Positions 27,518-37,647 of a stretch of DNA of 52,663 nucleotides are shown in pieces. The position numbers and the translations under genes were made by a program. The notes under the pieces are model-generated. The model saw nothing but the letters and a program-made list of their open reading frames with translations, was not told where the DNA came from and ran no database searches. Each line of letters begins with the position of its first letter. The stretch's first letter is position 1. The stretch is from Desulfurella sp. Lineage in GTDB: Bacteria; Campylobacterota_A; Desulfurellia; Desulfurellales; Desulfurellaceae. The stretch covers positions 1 to 52,663 of the forward strand of contig JAVRLY010000001.1 in the NCBI GenBank assembly GCA_031960885.1, given 5' to 3'.

Positions 27518-28469
27518 GGACTACATCAACGAGAAATTTTAAGTTGTCTTGTGGCGTTTGAGGTAACACACCATGCCCTAAGTTAAAAATATGTATATTG
27601 CCTTGCATTTGGTCTAGTAAATTTATTGCATGATATTTTATAGTGTTTTTATCCGCAAACAATATAGTGTTATCCAAATTACCCTGAAGACATTTGTTTG
27701 TTTTTTTTGATATTATAGGCAAATCAACCCTCCAATCAAAACTGTATGCATTTGCAGGCAATGCTAAAATATAGTCCAATAAATGATTTGCACAAGTGGC
27801 AAAGTAGATAGAAGGTTTTTTAAGAGCTTTCAGTATTTTAAGGTTATAGTCAAAAACGTATTTTTTATAAACACTTGGCGATAAAATACCAGCCCAGCTA
27901 TCAAACAATTGGTAACAATCGCACCCACTTTCAAGTTGATTGTTTAGGTAATCAATAGTGAGATTTGTTAATACATCTATTAGTTTAGCAAATTTTTGTG
28001 GCTCTTGATAAATAAAAGCTTTTGGAGAGTAAAATTTTGTATCATTAAAAAGGTAGCAAAACAATGTAAATGGCCCAGCTGCAAAACCAATAAGTGGTTT
28101 TTTCGTATATGTTTTTACTAGTTTTATACCTTCAAAGACAAAATCCAATTTGTTTGATAATCCATTGTAATGTATGTTGTTAATATCTATATCAACTAAC
28201 GGAGAGCTACCATCGTGATAAAAAATTTTGGCATTTATAGCCAAAAGCGGGATTAATATATCAGAAAACAATATAGCAGCATCGACATTTAAAACATCAA
28301 TAGGCAATAGCGTTGTTTTAGCTATTATTTCAGGTATAGTGCACATTTGCAAAAAAGTATAATTTCGCCTTAGTTCACGGTACTCTTTTAGGGCTCTTCC
28401 TGCTTGCCTCATAAGCCATATTGGTGTTTGTGAGCCTTTTGTGCCATTTAATCTATCTAAAAATATCAT
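27498..28469 (-). CDS. hemE: Uroporphyrinogen decarboxylase
   Basis: PIWLMRQAGR, DAAILFSDIL, QLFDSWAG, LQGNLD, FNLGHGV. Confidence 0.97.
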   Translation of the reverse strand: MIFLDRLNGTKGSQTPIWLMRQAGRALKEYRELRRNYTFLQMCTIPEIIAKTTLLPIDVLNVDAAILFSDILIPLLAINAKIFYHDGSSPLVDIDINNIHYNGLSNKLDFVFEGIKLVKTYTKKPLIGFAAGPFTLFCYLFNDTKFYSPKAFIYQEPQKFAKLIDVLTNLTIDYLNNQLESGCDCYQLFDSWAGILSPSVYKKYVFDYNLKILKALKKPSIYFATCANHLLDYILALPANAYSFDWRVDLPIISKKTNKCLQGNLDNTILFADKNTIKYHAINLLDQMQGNIHIFNLGHGVLPQTPQDNLKFLVDVVHEYNNS

Positions 28470-28472
28470 CTT

Positions 28473-30749
28473 CTAAGTTTTCGCCTCGTGCCAATTTTTA
28501 CCAATGCCAATATTGACTTTTAAAGGTACTTCAAAATTAACGCATTGTTCCATAGTTTCTTTTACAATCAGTTTTATTTTATCAATTTGATTGTCTTTGC
28601 ACTCAATCAAAAGCTCATCGTGTATCTGTAAAATCATTTTAGCATCAAAATTTTCGAGTGCTTTATCGAGTTTTACCATAGCTATTTTTATAATATCCGC
28701 TGCTGTTCCTTGAATCTTTGCATTAACAGCTGCTCTTTTTTCAAACTCAGCTAATTTTTTGTTTGGACTATTTATATTTTCAAAATATCTTCTTCTGTTA
28801 AAATACGTTTGAGTATAGCCTAAGTTTTTTGCTTCTTTAAGTGTTTCTTCGATGAATTCTTTGGCTTTTGAAAAACGTTCAAAATAGCGCGCAATATATT
28901 CGGATGCTTTTTGTGGTGTAATTGAAAGCGTTTTGGCTAGACTTTTTTCTCCCATTCCGTATATGATACCAAAATTAATTGTTTTTGCAATCCTTCTTGC
29001 ATGAGTGTCAACCATTTCTGGTAAAATATTGAGTACCTCGCAAGCAGTTTGTGAGTGTATATCTAAATCTTTTTTAAAGATATCTATCAAATTAGGGTCT
29101 TTTGATAATTCAGCTAATATTCTCAGCTCGATTTGAGAGTAATCGGCACAAATTAAACTATAGCCACCTTTTGAGACAATCGTTTCTCTTATATTAAAAA
29201 ATGGGCTATCAAGTGGAAGATTTTGCATATTTGGGTTTGAGGAAGAAAGCCTTCCAGTTAGTGTCAGTGTTTGGTTAAATGTTGTATGTACGCGATTATT
29301 TTTATCTGCATTATTGAGCAATGGCTCTATGTATGTTGATAATAGTTTTGTTAACATCCTATAATCGATGATGAGTTTTGCCACAGGATGGTCGATTTGT
29401 TCCAGTACAAAAGAATCCGTTGAATATCCAGTTTTAGTTTTCTTTATGGGTTTTATTGCGAGTTTTTCATATAGAGCTACTTGAAGTTCTTTAGTGGAGT
29501 TTATATTGCATGGTCCAATGAATTTTTCTATTGAAGAGCGTTTTTCTTCTATTAAGTCGTTTATGAGTGTTTTATAGCGTTTTAATTTTTCAATATCTAT
29601 GCCTATGCCTTCTTGTTCCATTTTTTTTAATATATTTGCAAGTGGCAGTTCTACTTCAAATAATAAAAACTCTAAGACAAGTTTTTTAATTAAATCTAAA
29701 AAGATTGGTTTGAGATACCGTATTTTTTCGTTTTCATCTAGCTTTGATACCGCATCGTATAAACCCTTATCAATAAATAGAGCGCATTGTTCTATATTAC
29801 CAGCGCTTTTTGGCTGAATTAAATAGGAGGCAAGCTCTAACAAAACAGTATCATCTGTTTGGTTTTTTGGTTTTTCAAGATTGAGTAAAAACACATGTTT
29901 ATTTTTGTTTTCTTTAGAATTTGGGGTTTCTATTTTGTCAATTAAACTTTTAAAATTGTACGTTTCAAAAAGTTTTTTAAGCGTTTTTGTATCTGGGACG
30001 TTTCTTTTGATAGAGTCAATTGAAATATTTATATCTATATTTTTATCAAGCATAGTCAAACTTTTGTACAGTTTTAATGTTTCTTCATCAAGATGTTCTT
30101 TTAATTTATCAGGCAATTTATCTTTATTTTGAATAATACCTTCAATGTTGGTATAATCGTCCAATAATTTAGCTGCGGTTTTTGGTCCAATGCCGTTTAT
30201 TCCTGGTATGCCATCTGATGCATCACCAATTAAAGCAAGCAAATCGCTTATTTGGTTTGGTAAAACTCCAAATTTTTCTACGGTTTTTTTGTAGTCATAA
30301 GTAGCATTTTTAACGGGGTCAAAAATATACACATTGTCTTCTACAAGTTGGAATAAATCTTTATCTTGGGTTACTATGACAATTTCGTAGTCTTTTTTAA
30401 ATTTTGTTGTAAGTGTGGCTATAATGTCATCTGCCTCAAATCCCGGTATTTCTAAATAGTTTATGCCAAAAGCGTTAATTATTTCTTTTGTGGGATTAAT
30501 TTGAACCGAGAGTTCTTCGGGCATTTTTGGGCGCTGTTTTTTGTAATCATCAAATAGCGCTTTTCTAAATGTTTTTTCTTTTGAATCAAAACAAATGAGT
30601 ATAAATTTCTCATCTTTTAATGATAAAAGAAGCCTTGAAAAGCCAAATATAACGCTTGTTGGAAAGCCGTTATGCGATAAATTTTTTATAGCATAATAAA
30701 ATCTATATAAAAATGAACTGCCGTCTACTAAATAAATTTTTTCTTTCAT
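28473..30749 (-). CDS. polA: DNA polymerase I with a strongly reduced 3'-5' exonuclease region
   Basis: LVDGSS, EADDII, GIGPKTA (5' nuclease); TGRLSSSNPNMQN, DYSQIELR, AKTINFGIIYG, QGTAADIIK, QIHDEL; start at ATG 30749 or 30755. Confidence 0.96.
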   Translation of the reverse strand: MKEKIYLVDGSSFLYRFYYAIKNLSHNGFPTSVIFGFSRLLLSLKDEKFILICFDSKEKTFRKALFDDYKKQRPKMPEELSVQINPTKEIINAFGINYLEIPGFEADDIIATLTTKFKKDYEIVIVTQDKDLFQLVEDNVYIFDPVKNATYDYKKTVEKFGVLPNQISDLLALIGDASDGIPGINGIGPKTAAKLLDDYTNIEGIIQNKDKLPDKLKEHLDEETLKLYKSLTMLDKNIDINISIDSIKRNVPDTKTLKKLFETYNFKSLIDKIETPNSKENKNKHVFLLNLEKPKNQTDDTVLLELASYLIQPKSAGNIEQCALFIDKGLYDAVSKLDENEKIRYLKPIFLDLIKKLVLEFLLFEVELPLANILKKMEQEGIGIDIEKLKRYKTLINDLIEEKRSSIEKFIGPCNINSTKELQVALYEKLAIKPIKKTKTGYSTDSFVLEQIDHPVAKLIIDYRMLTKLLSTYIEPLLNNADKNNRVHTTFNQTLTLTGRLSSSNPNMQNLPLDSPFFNIRETIVSKGGYSLICADYSQIELRILAELSKDPNLIDIFKKDLDIHSQTACEVLNILPEMVDTHARRIAKTINFGIIYGMGEKSLAKTLSITPQKASEYIARYFERFSKAKEFIEETLKEAKNLGYTQTYFNRRRYFENINSPNKKLAEFEKRAAVNAKIQGTAADIIKIAMVKLDKALENFDAKMILQIHDELLIECKDNQIDKIKLIVKETMEQCVNFEVPLKVNIGIGKNWHEAKT

Positions 30750-30755
30750 AAACAT

Positions 30756-30784
30756 TTGACAAATACCATAGATTTTACCATAAT
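30756..30784 (+). promoter_or_regulatory. tRNA-Val promoter overlapping the polA upstream region
   Basis: TTGACA-N17-CATAAT. Confidence 0.65.
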
Positions 30785-30796
30785 ACAATGCTTAGT

Positions 30797-30871
30797 GGGC
30801 GATTAGCTCAGTGGAAGAGCGCTTGCTTCACACGCAAGAGGTCACAGGTTCGATACCTGTATCGCCCACCA
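30797..30871 (+). tRNA. tRNA-Val (anticodon CAC)
   Basis: GGGCGATTAGCTCAGTGGAAGAGCG CTTGC-TTCACAC-GCAAG ... GGTTCGATACC ... GCCCACCA, 75 nt. Confidence 0.97.
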
Positions 30872-30876
30872 TTTTT

Positions 30877-32646
30877 TTATTTACTTTTTTTCACTATTTT
30901 TAGCGCTAATTCGTCAAGCTGCTTTTGGTCTACTTCGTTTGGAGCGATTGTTAGCGGGCACACACCTTTTTGTGTTTTTGGAAAAGCAATCACTTCCCTT
31001 ATTGATTCTTCTTTTAAAATTAGTGTTACAAGCCTATCAAAGCCAATGGCTAATCCACCATGCGGTGGTGCTCCATATTTTAATGCATCAATTAGAAATC
31101 CAAATTTTAGCCTCGCTTGTTCATCTGAAATATTCAATATTTTAAACATTTTCTTTTGCAGTTCACTGTTGTGAATCCTTATGCTTCCACCACCAATTTC
31201 TGTACCATTTAATGTAATATCATAAGCCCTAGCTTTTACGAGTTCTGGATGTTCTTCTAATAATTCTATGTCTTCAATTTTTGGTGATGTAAATGGATGG
31301 TGCATTGCATCCCATCGTTTTTCATCTTCATTGTACTCAAATAATGGAAAATCTACAACCCATGTAAAATTGAATTCATCTTTATCAGCCAAATTCAATC
31401 TTTTTGCAAGCTCAACCCTTAATGCTCCAAGTGCGCTATAGACGATTTCTTTTTTGTCTGCAACGAAAAATACGATATCGCCTACCTTTGCATCTAATCT
31501 TTTAAGAATCTCGTCTAGATGCTCTTTTTTAAAGAATTTTACAATAGGCGATTGTAACTCATTTTCTCTAATTTTTACCCACGCAAGACCTTTTGCTTTA
31601 AATACACTGACAAGTTTAGTTAGCTCATCAATTTCTTTTCTCGAAAACCATTCGCAACCTTTGGCATTTATCCCACATACGATTCCTTTTTGCGCAGCTG
31701 CATTAAATACTTGAAAATCACAAATACGTGCTATGTCTGTTATATCTTTTAGTTCTAAGCTGTACCTCATGTCAGGCTTATCTGAGCCAAATCTACGCAT
31801 AGCTTCATCGTACGATATGCGTTTAAATGGTATATTAAGCTCAATTCCTAATGTTTCTTTGAAAATTGAGTAAATAATGCCTTCTGTTATTTGCATAACA
31901 TCTTCTTCATCAACGAAGCTCATTTCAAGGTCAATTTGTGTAAATTCTGGTTGTCTGTCGGCTCTTAAATCTTCATCTCTAAAACATTTTGTTATTTGAT
32001 AGTACCTATCAAAGCCAGAAACCATTAAAAGCTGTTTGAATAATTGTGGCGATTGGGGGAGCGCGTAAAATTTACCAGGGTCTAGTCTGCTTGGAACAAG
32101 AAAATCCCTTGCGCCTTCTGGTGTGCTTTTTGTCAACATTGGCGTTTCTATATCGATAAACCCTTGAGCATCTAAGTACTTTCTTGCAGCAAATGCTGCT
32201 TTGTAGCGAGTTATCAGATTTTTTTGCATTGTAGGTTTTCTTAAATCAAGATAGCGATATTTAAGACGAGCTTCTTCGTTTGCATTTACATATTCTTCAA
32301 CAGGCAGTGGCGGTACTTCACTCGTCGATAGAATACTTAGGCTTTTTGCCAACACTTCTACATTACCCGTTTTTAAATTGGGATTTTGCGTACCTTCTGG
32401 CCTTAGTCTAACTATTCCTGTAATTTTTATACAATACTGACTTCGAAATGTGTGGGCCTTTTCATGTAATTCTTTATTTTCTTTGGGATCGAAAACCACT
32501 TGCACAATGCCTTCTCTGTCTTTTAAGTCAATAAAAACTACTCCACCGTGATCTCTCCAGTTTTGCACCCATCCAAACAAATTGACTGTAGAGCCCAAAA
32601 ACCTCTCATCAATATTTCCGCAATAAGCAGTTCTATCAAGCGGCAT
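30877..32646 (-). CDS. aspS: Aspartate--tRNA ligase (probably non-discriminating)
   Basis: RDHGGVVFIDL (His typical of ND-AspRS), STPEGARDF, LPQSPQLFKQ, FRDEDLRADRQPEF, GAPPHGG. Confidence 0.98.
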   Translation of the reverse strand: MPLDRTAYCGNIDERFLGSTVNLFGWVQNWRDHGGVVFIDLKDREGIVQVVFDPKENKELHEKAHTFRSQYCIKITGIVRLRPEGTQNPNLKTGNVEVLAKSLSILSTSEVPPLPVEEYVNANEEARLKYRYLDLRKPTMQKNLITRYKAAFAARKYLDAQGFIDIETPMLTKSTPEGARDFLVPSRLDPGKFYALPQSPQLFKQLLMVSGFDRYYQITKCFRDEDLRADRQPEFTQIDLEMSFVDEEDVMQITEGIIYSIFKETLGIELNIPFKRISYDEAMRRFGSDKPDMRYSLELKDITDIARICDFQVFNAAAQKGIVCGINAKGCEWFSRKEIDELTKLVSVFKAKGLAWVKIRENELQSPIVKFFKKEHLDEILKRLDAKVGDIVFFVADKKEIVYSALGALRVELAKRLNLADKDEFNFTWVVDFPLFEYNEDEKRWDAMHHPFTSPKIEDIELLEEHPELVKARAYDITLNGTEIGGGSIRIHNSELQKKMFKILNISDEQARLKFGFLIDALKYGAPPHGGLAIGFDRLVTLILKEESIREVIAFPKTQKGVCPLTIAPNEVDQKQLDELALKIVKKSK

Positions 32647-33847
32647 AAAAAACTCCTTTTAAAATATTTTCTAAATGATTTAATTCAATTGTTTCTTGAG
32701 TTGAATTTTTCATATTTCTAACTATACATGTGTTGTTTTTAAACTCATTTTCGCCTACTATAATACAAACAGAAGCATTTAATTTGTCAGCTTTTTTGAG
32801 CATACTTTTTAAGCTTTTGCTCTCATATTCGCAGTATATAGAGTATGGTAAATCTTTTAACATTTGTAGTATGTGGAAAGCATATTTTGTTACATTCAGG
32901 TTTGCAATGTATATATCTATGTTGTTTCCCACGTTAATATTTATCATATCAATCAAACGTTCTTCACCGGCAGCAAAACCTACTCCACAAATCTCTTTTC
33001 CACCTAAATCGGCAATTAAATTGTCATACCTGCCTCCAGCTGAGAGGGTGATTGAGTTTACAAACTCAAATACAAATTTGGTATAGTAATCAAGTCCTCT
33101 AACAAGCATGTTGTTTTCAATATATTTGATATTTAAAGCTTCTAAGCACGATTTGACATCATTGTAATGTTCTTGACAAGTTTTGCAAACATAATCTTTT
33201 AGTTTTGGTGCATCTTTTGCAATAACTTTGCACTTTTCATTTTTACAATCAAGTATCCTAAGAGGGTTTTTATACAACCTTTTTTGACAGTCTTCACAAA
33301 GGGAATCTTTATATTTTTCAAAGTAATCAAACAATGCCTTTGAGTAGTTTGGTCTACACTGTGGGCATCCAATGTTGTTAATTTCTAAATTGGCTTGGAT
33401 ATTTAACTTTTCAAACAATAGTTTATTGATATACACAATTTCCGCATCAATAGCAGGGCTTTTAATGCCAAAAACCTCTGCTCCAATTTGATGAAATTGT
33501 CTAAATCTTCCTTTTTGTGGCCTTTCATAACGAAACATTGGGCCAATGTAGTACAACTTATTAAATACAGATGTCTCAAGATTGTTTTCTATAAAGGCCC
33601 TTGCAATGCCAGCTGTTCCTTCTGGTCGCATTGTTATAGATTCTCCAGATTTATCAATAAATGTATACATTTCTTTTTCTACAATGTCTGTTACATCTCC
33701 AATGCTTCTTTCAAAAACAGAAGTTTTTTCTAATATTGGTGTTCTAATTTCCTTATATCCAAAAACTCTAAATATACTTTTTGCAGTATCTTCTAGAAAA
33801 TGCCATTTTTCGATCGTATCTGGCAGTATATCTTTAAAACCTTTCAA
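32636..33847 (-). CDS. hisS: Histidine--tRNA ligase
   Basis: GFKDILP, KEMYTF, RPEGTA, FRYERPQKGRFRQFHQ, VRGLDYY, GGRYD; TTG start after AGGGGG. Confidence 0.98.
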   Translation of the reverse strand: MKGFKDILPDTIEKWHFLEDTAKSIFRVFGYKEIRTPILEKTSVFERSIGDVTDIVEKEMYTFIDKSGESITMRPEGTAGIARAFIENNLETSVFNKLYYIGPMFRYERPQKGRFRQFHQIGAEVFGIKSPAIDAEIVYINKLLFEKLNIQANLEINNIGCPQCRPNYSKALFDYFEKYKDSLCEDCQKRLYKNPLRILDCKNEKCKVIAKDAPKLKDYVCKTCQEHYNDVKSCLEALNIKYIENNMLVRGLDYYTKFVFEFVNSITLSAGGRYDNLIADLGGKEICGVGFAAGEERLIDMININVGNNIDIYIANLNVTKYAFHILQMLKDLPYSIYCEYESKSLKSMLKKADKLNASVCIIVGENEFKNNTCIVRNMKNSTQETIELNHLENILKGVFYAA

Positions 33848-33850
33848 AAG

Positions 33851-34906
33851 CTACCCCCTAGCTTTTTTTAAAAATACTACGCTAGCAATTGGAAATAACA
33901 CTAAATTTGGCAACCAAATTGCATAATAATATGCATTATTACTAGCATACAAACTTTTGCCAAACATTTCAAGTACATAGAAAATTACAAAAGCAAACAT
34001 ACTAAAAATTATGCCAAACGTCCGACCAGACCTGTAAAAACTCAAACCAGAAACATAACCTATAATTGACAAAATAAAAACGCTTGTGGACAAAACTAAC
34101 ATTTGATGTAGTTCAAACAGCGCATCAGCGTTATTTGGGTGTGTTTTAATATATTTAATAAGTTTATTTATGGGCATAAAACCAGGGTTATTGGCAAAGT
34201 TATAAGTTAAATCGGGAATATTTATCACGATTGTGTAAACTTTAAAATATGCACTATTAATGCTATTGTTATTTTTATAAAATAGATTTCCATCAAAGAA
34301 TTTTAAAGCAAAACCGTTTATTGTATCTACAAATTCAGCCTTTTTTGCTTTGATGATTTTGTTTTCTATATCTGCAAATATATCGTAGGCTTTATCGTGT
34401 TTTGGCGACAAACTACTGGCGTAAATCGTAAATTTTTTTGTTTTAAAAAATGTATTTTCTGATAATCCCGATTGAATATTTGTTTTTGCAAGCCTATAAA
34501 GTTTATTTCTATATGATGCATTTGCAATTGGCGATAGATAAGCTACGATAAAAAACAAGAAAATAAAGACAATAAATGTAAATAAAAGCGCACTTTTGTA
34601 AATTCTAAATGTTGAAAGCCCAATAGTTTTTGCGATATCAACTTCCAAGTTTTTAGACATTTGAGTGTATGTGAGGTTTATAGAAAGCATTAAACTCATT
34701 GGTATTGTAAAGATTGCCAAAAATAAAGCCATATATGAAAGTATGGTTAACATATCTGATAAGCTTGTGCCAGTAGAAAATAATACATCGGAAAATTTAA
34801 CTGTATCACCTATTAGCATAATAATTGTTATAATAGCCAGACTTATGAAAAACGACTTTGTGAGTTTCGCTAAAATGTACCTATCAAATAACTTTATACC
34901 AAACAG
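33851..34906 (-). CDS. lptF: LptF/LptG-family LPS export permease; probable CTG start at 34906
   Basis: The frame stays open 29 codons upstream of ATG 34819 and gives (M)FGIKLFDRYIL, the usual LptF/G N-terminus; FTIPMSL and AIWLPNLV motifs; GGGAGGG lies 7 nt before the CTG. Confidence 0.8.
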   Translation of the reverse strand: MFGIKLFDRYILAKLTKSFFISLAIITIIMLIGDTVKFSDVLFSTGTSLSDMLTILSYMALFLAIFTIPMSLMLSINLTYTQMSKNLEVDIAKTIGLSTFRIYKSALLFTFIVFIFLFFIVAYLSPIANASYRNKLYRLAKTNIQSGLSENTFFKTKKFTIYASSLSPKHDKAYDIFADIENKIIKAKKAEFVDTINGFALKFFDGNLFYKNNNSINSAYFKVYTIVINIPDLTYNFANNPGFMPINKLIKYIKTHPNNADALFELHQMLVLSTSVFILSIIGYVSGLSFYRSGRTFGIIFSMFAFVIFYVLEMFGKSLYASNNAYYYAIWLPNLVLFPIASVVFLKKARG

Positions 34907-35742
34907 CTAAAAGCCCTCCCAGGTAAAATTGTTGACTCAAATCTTCTAATGTCTAAATGTTTTTTCTCAATTTCTAAAAAATACTCTTGCATAGTTAAGA
35001 AATTTGTATCATTTTTTAGTAAATTTAGCAATTTTACAAAATCATCAATAAATGGTCCGCCCTCAATTTCTGCATGCACGGGTAAAACGCCAATAGTTTT
35101 TTTATTAATTGAGTTTAGTGTTAATTTTATAAATTCTTTTGGGTTTTCTTCTAAACATGGCAAGTTTGATGGTATCTCTATAAGTTTTGTGATTTCCTCA
35201 ATGAATGGTTTTTGAGCCCTTGATATGCTCAAGAATTTTATAAATTTTAAGTTTTTAATGTATTTTAAGGCTAAATCAGAACACACCCAACCAGGTGCAC
35301 CAAATGATTGAGGGTAATTTTTATAAATTGCAAAGTAAGTTGATATACCTTTTTCAAACCAGTTTTTTATGTCTTTTTGGCTTAATTTGTAAATATTATC
35401 TTGCCAAAATCTATGGTCCCATGCGTGAAACTCTACTTCGTGACCAAAACGTTTTATCTGAAGCAAACTATCTCTAAGCGTTGCCAAAATGGGCGGTTTT
35501 AATATTGTTCCATATAACGCTGTTTTAAGACCATAAGAGCTGGTAGCTTTTGTTTTAAATATTTTTTTAAAAAATGCGGGTTTTAATAGGTACAGCAAAG
35601 CTTTGCCAGAATTATCAGGTCCAAGCGTAACATAAAAAGTGGCTTTTATATTAAGCTCGTCAAACACTTTAATGAGTTTTGGAACGCCTATTTTTAAACC
35701 TTTATATGTATCTACATCTACTTTGATGCAAACACTATTCAT
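34894..35742 (-). CDS. arnD: ArnD-like 4-deoxy-4-formamido-L-arabinose-phosphoundecaprenol deformylase
   Basis: KVDVDTYKG..GVP, GPDNSG, LYGTIL, HAWDH, GAPGW, VHAEIEG. Confidence 0.9.
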   Translation of the reverse strand: MNSVCIKVDVDTYKGLKIGVPKLIKVFDELNIKATFYVTLGPDNSGKALLYLLKPAFFKKIFKTKATSSYGLKTALYGTILKPPILATLRDSLLQIKRFGHEVEFHAWDHRFWQDNIYKLSQKDIKNWFEKGISTYFAIYKNYPQSFGAPGWVCSDLALKYIKNLKFIKFLSISRAQKPFIEEITKLIEIPSNLPCLEENPKEFIKLTLNSINKKTIGVLPVHAEIEGGPFIDDFVKLLNLLKNDTNFLTMQEYFLEIEKKHLDIRRFESTILPGRAFSCLV

Positions 35743-36751
35743 ACTCTTTAATAAAAGCATCAATTGATAAACGCAAAGCTTCTTCCAAAGAGACTTTTGG
35801 TGTCCAATTGAGTAATTTTTTGGCTTTTTCTATAGAAGGTTTTCTGTTGTATATATCTTGGTATGATTCCCCGTAGAATTCTTTTGAATCTATTTCAATA
35901 ATTTGCGAAAATTCTTTATCGTTTTTGTATTTTTCGTGTTGGGAAAAAATTTCTCTCATAAGATAAGCCAAATCTTTTATGGAAATATTATTGTTTGGGT
36001 TGCCGATATTTATAATTTGCCTGTTGCAAATATCGTTTTCATTTTTTAAAATTCTTATTAGGGCTTCAATCCCATCACTGATATATGTAAAGCTACGCAT
36101 CTGTTTTCCGCCATCTACTAAATAAATGGGTTTTTTAAACAATAATGAAGCTATAAATTGTGTAACGACTCTTGATGAGCCTTCTTTTGCAATTTCTATT
36201 GAGTCTAACTTTGGCCCAATCCAGTTAAATGGTCTAAAAAGCGTAAATGGTAAATCTTCATGATGACCGTATGCCCAAATGGTTCTGTCTAATAGTTGCT
36301 TTGAAGCAGAGTAAATCCAGCGTTCTTTATTGATTGGACCTGTGCATAGAGGACTTTTGTCTTCGTCAAATTCCGCATCTGGACTTATGCCATACACTTC
36401 TGAGGTTGATGGAAAAACTATGCGCTTTTTGTATTTAGCACATTTTTTGATTATTTCTAAGTTTGATTCAAAATCAAGATGAAATACCCTCAATGGGTCT
36501 TCAACATACATTTTTGGTGTAGCAATTGCAACAAGCGGCATAACGCAATCGCATTTTTTGATATGGTACTCAATCCATTCTTTGTTTATCTCTATATCGC
36601 CTTCTACAAAATGTAGCCTTGAACTTTCAAGTTCTTTTATACGATTGTCATCTATATCCATCCCATAGACTTCCCAGTCAGTTGAACTAAGTATTTTTTC
36701 GGTTAAATGATAACCAATAAAACCATTTACGCCTAAAATAAGTATTTTCAC
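35735..36751 (-). CDS. arnA: UDP-glucuronic acid oxidase/decarboxylase (stand-alone ArnA C-terminal domain)
   Basis: ILGVNGFIG, EWIEYHIKKCD, PLVAIATP, FPSTSEVYG, RWIYSASKQ, FRPFNWIGP. Confidence 0.94.
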   Translation of the reverse strand: MKILILGVNGFIGYHLTEKILSSTDWEVYGMDIDDNRIKELESSRLHFVEGDIEINKEWIEYHIKKCDCVMPLVAIATPKMYVEDPLRVFHLDFESNLEIIKKCAKYKKRIVFPSTSEVYGISPDAEFDEDKSPLCTGPINKERWIYSASKQLLDRTIWAYGHHEDLPFTLFRPFNWIGPKLDSIEIAKEGSSRVVTQFIASLLFKKPIYLVDGGKQMRSFTYISDGIEALIRILKNENDICNRQIINIGNPNNNISIKDLAYLMREIFSQHEKYKNDKEFSQIIEIDSKEFYGESYQDIYNRKPSIEKAKKLLNWTPKVSLEEALRLSIDAFIKEYE

Positions 36752-37647
36752 AAATATCCCCCTTTTAATATATTACAAATTTCTTGTTCTTTATATTTTT
36801 TTCCATCATACTCTATTTCTTTTAACTCAAGCGAGCCTTGTTTTGTTCCAATATACACATGTCTGTCAATAATAGCAATTTGTTTTGGTTCTAATTCAAT
36901 GTTAGTAGGCAGTGCCCACCAAATTATTAGTTCTTTTGACTTGTAATAGCAAAAGCTTCCAGGATAAGGCCTTGTAACAGCCCTTATTAAATTGTATATT
37001 TCAATTGCACTCTTTTCAAAGTTGATTAAACCGTCCTGTTTAGTTCTTTTGCCGAAGTAACTTGCTTTTGCCTCATCTTGTTTTATAGGATTTATAGTGT
37101 TATTTTTAATTTTAGGCAGCGTTTCATCAAGCAATGTAGTAGCTAATGTTTCTAGTTTTTCATACAGGGTTTTTGCAGTATCATAAAAGTCAATGTCTAT
37201 GCATTTTTGTGCAATAATGTCTCCTGCATCTGGTTTTTCTATCATATAGTGAAGCGTTACGCCTGTTTGTTTTTCGCCATTGACAAGTACCCAATTGACA
37301 GGAGCCCTACCTCTATATGCAGGCAAACAAGAACCATGTAAATTTATAGCCTTATGTGGAGGTATATCCAATATATCCTTGCAAATAAGTTTTCTATAAT
37401 AAAAAGAAAAAATTATGTCAGGTTTTAAAAGCTTGATTTTTTCAATCCATTCTTTGGTATTGATAGCAACATCAGTATAATAATCTATATTGTTTACTTG
37501 GCACCACTTTGATACGCTTTCAAACCAAATGTTTTCGTTTATATCATCTTTGTGCGTAAATACACAATTTATATCAAATCCATGTTTTTTTAGTGCATTT
37601 AAGCCAATGACACCCATATTATGATAAGCAAAGACAATGGTTTTCAT
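36748..37647 (-). CDS. arnA: UDP-Ara4N formyltransferase (stand-alone ArnA N-terminal domain)
   Basis: VFAYHNMG, FSFYYR, NLHGSCLPAYRGRAPVNWVLVNGE, RAVTRPYPG. Confidence 0.93.
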   Translation of the reverse strand: MKTIVFAYHNMGVIGLNALKKHGFDINCVFTHKDDINENIWFESVSKWCQVNNIDYYTDVAINTKEWIEKIKLLKPDIIFSFYYRKLICKDILDIPPHKAINLHGSCLPAYRGRAPVNWVLVNGEKQTGVTLHYMIEKPDAGDIIAQKCIDIDFYDTAKTLYEKLETLATTLLDETLPKIKNNTINPIKQDEAKASYFGKRTKQDGLINFEKSAIEIYNLIRAVTRPYPGSFCYYKSKELIIWWALPTNIELEPKQIAIIDRHVYIGTKQGSLELKEIEYDGKKYKEQEICNILKGGYL

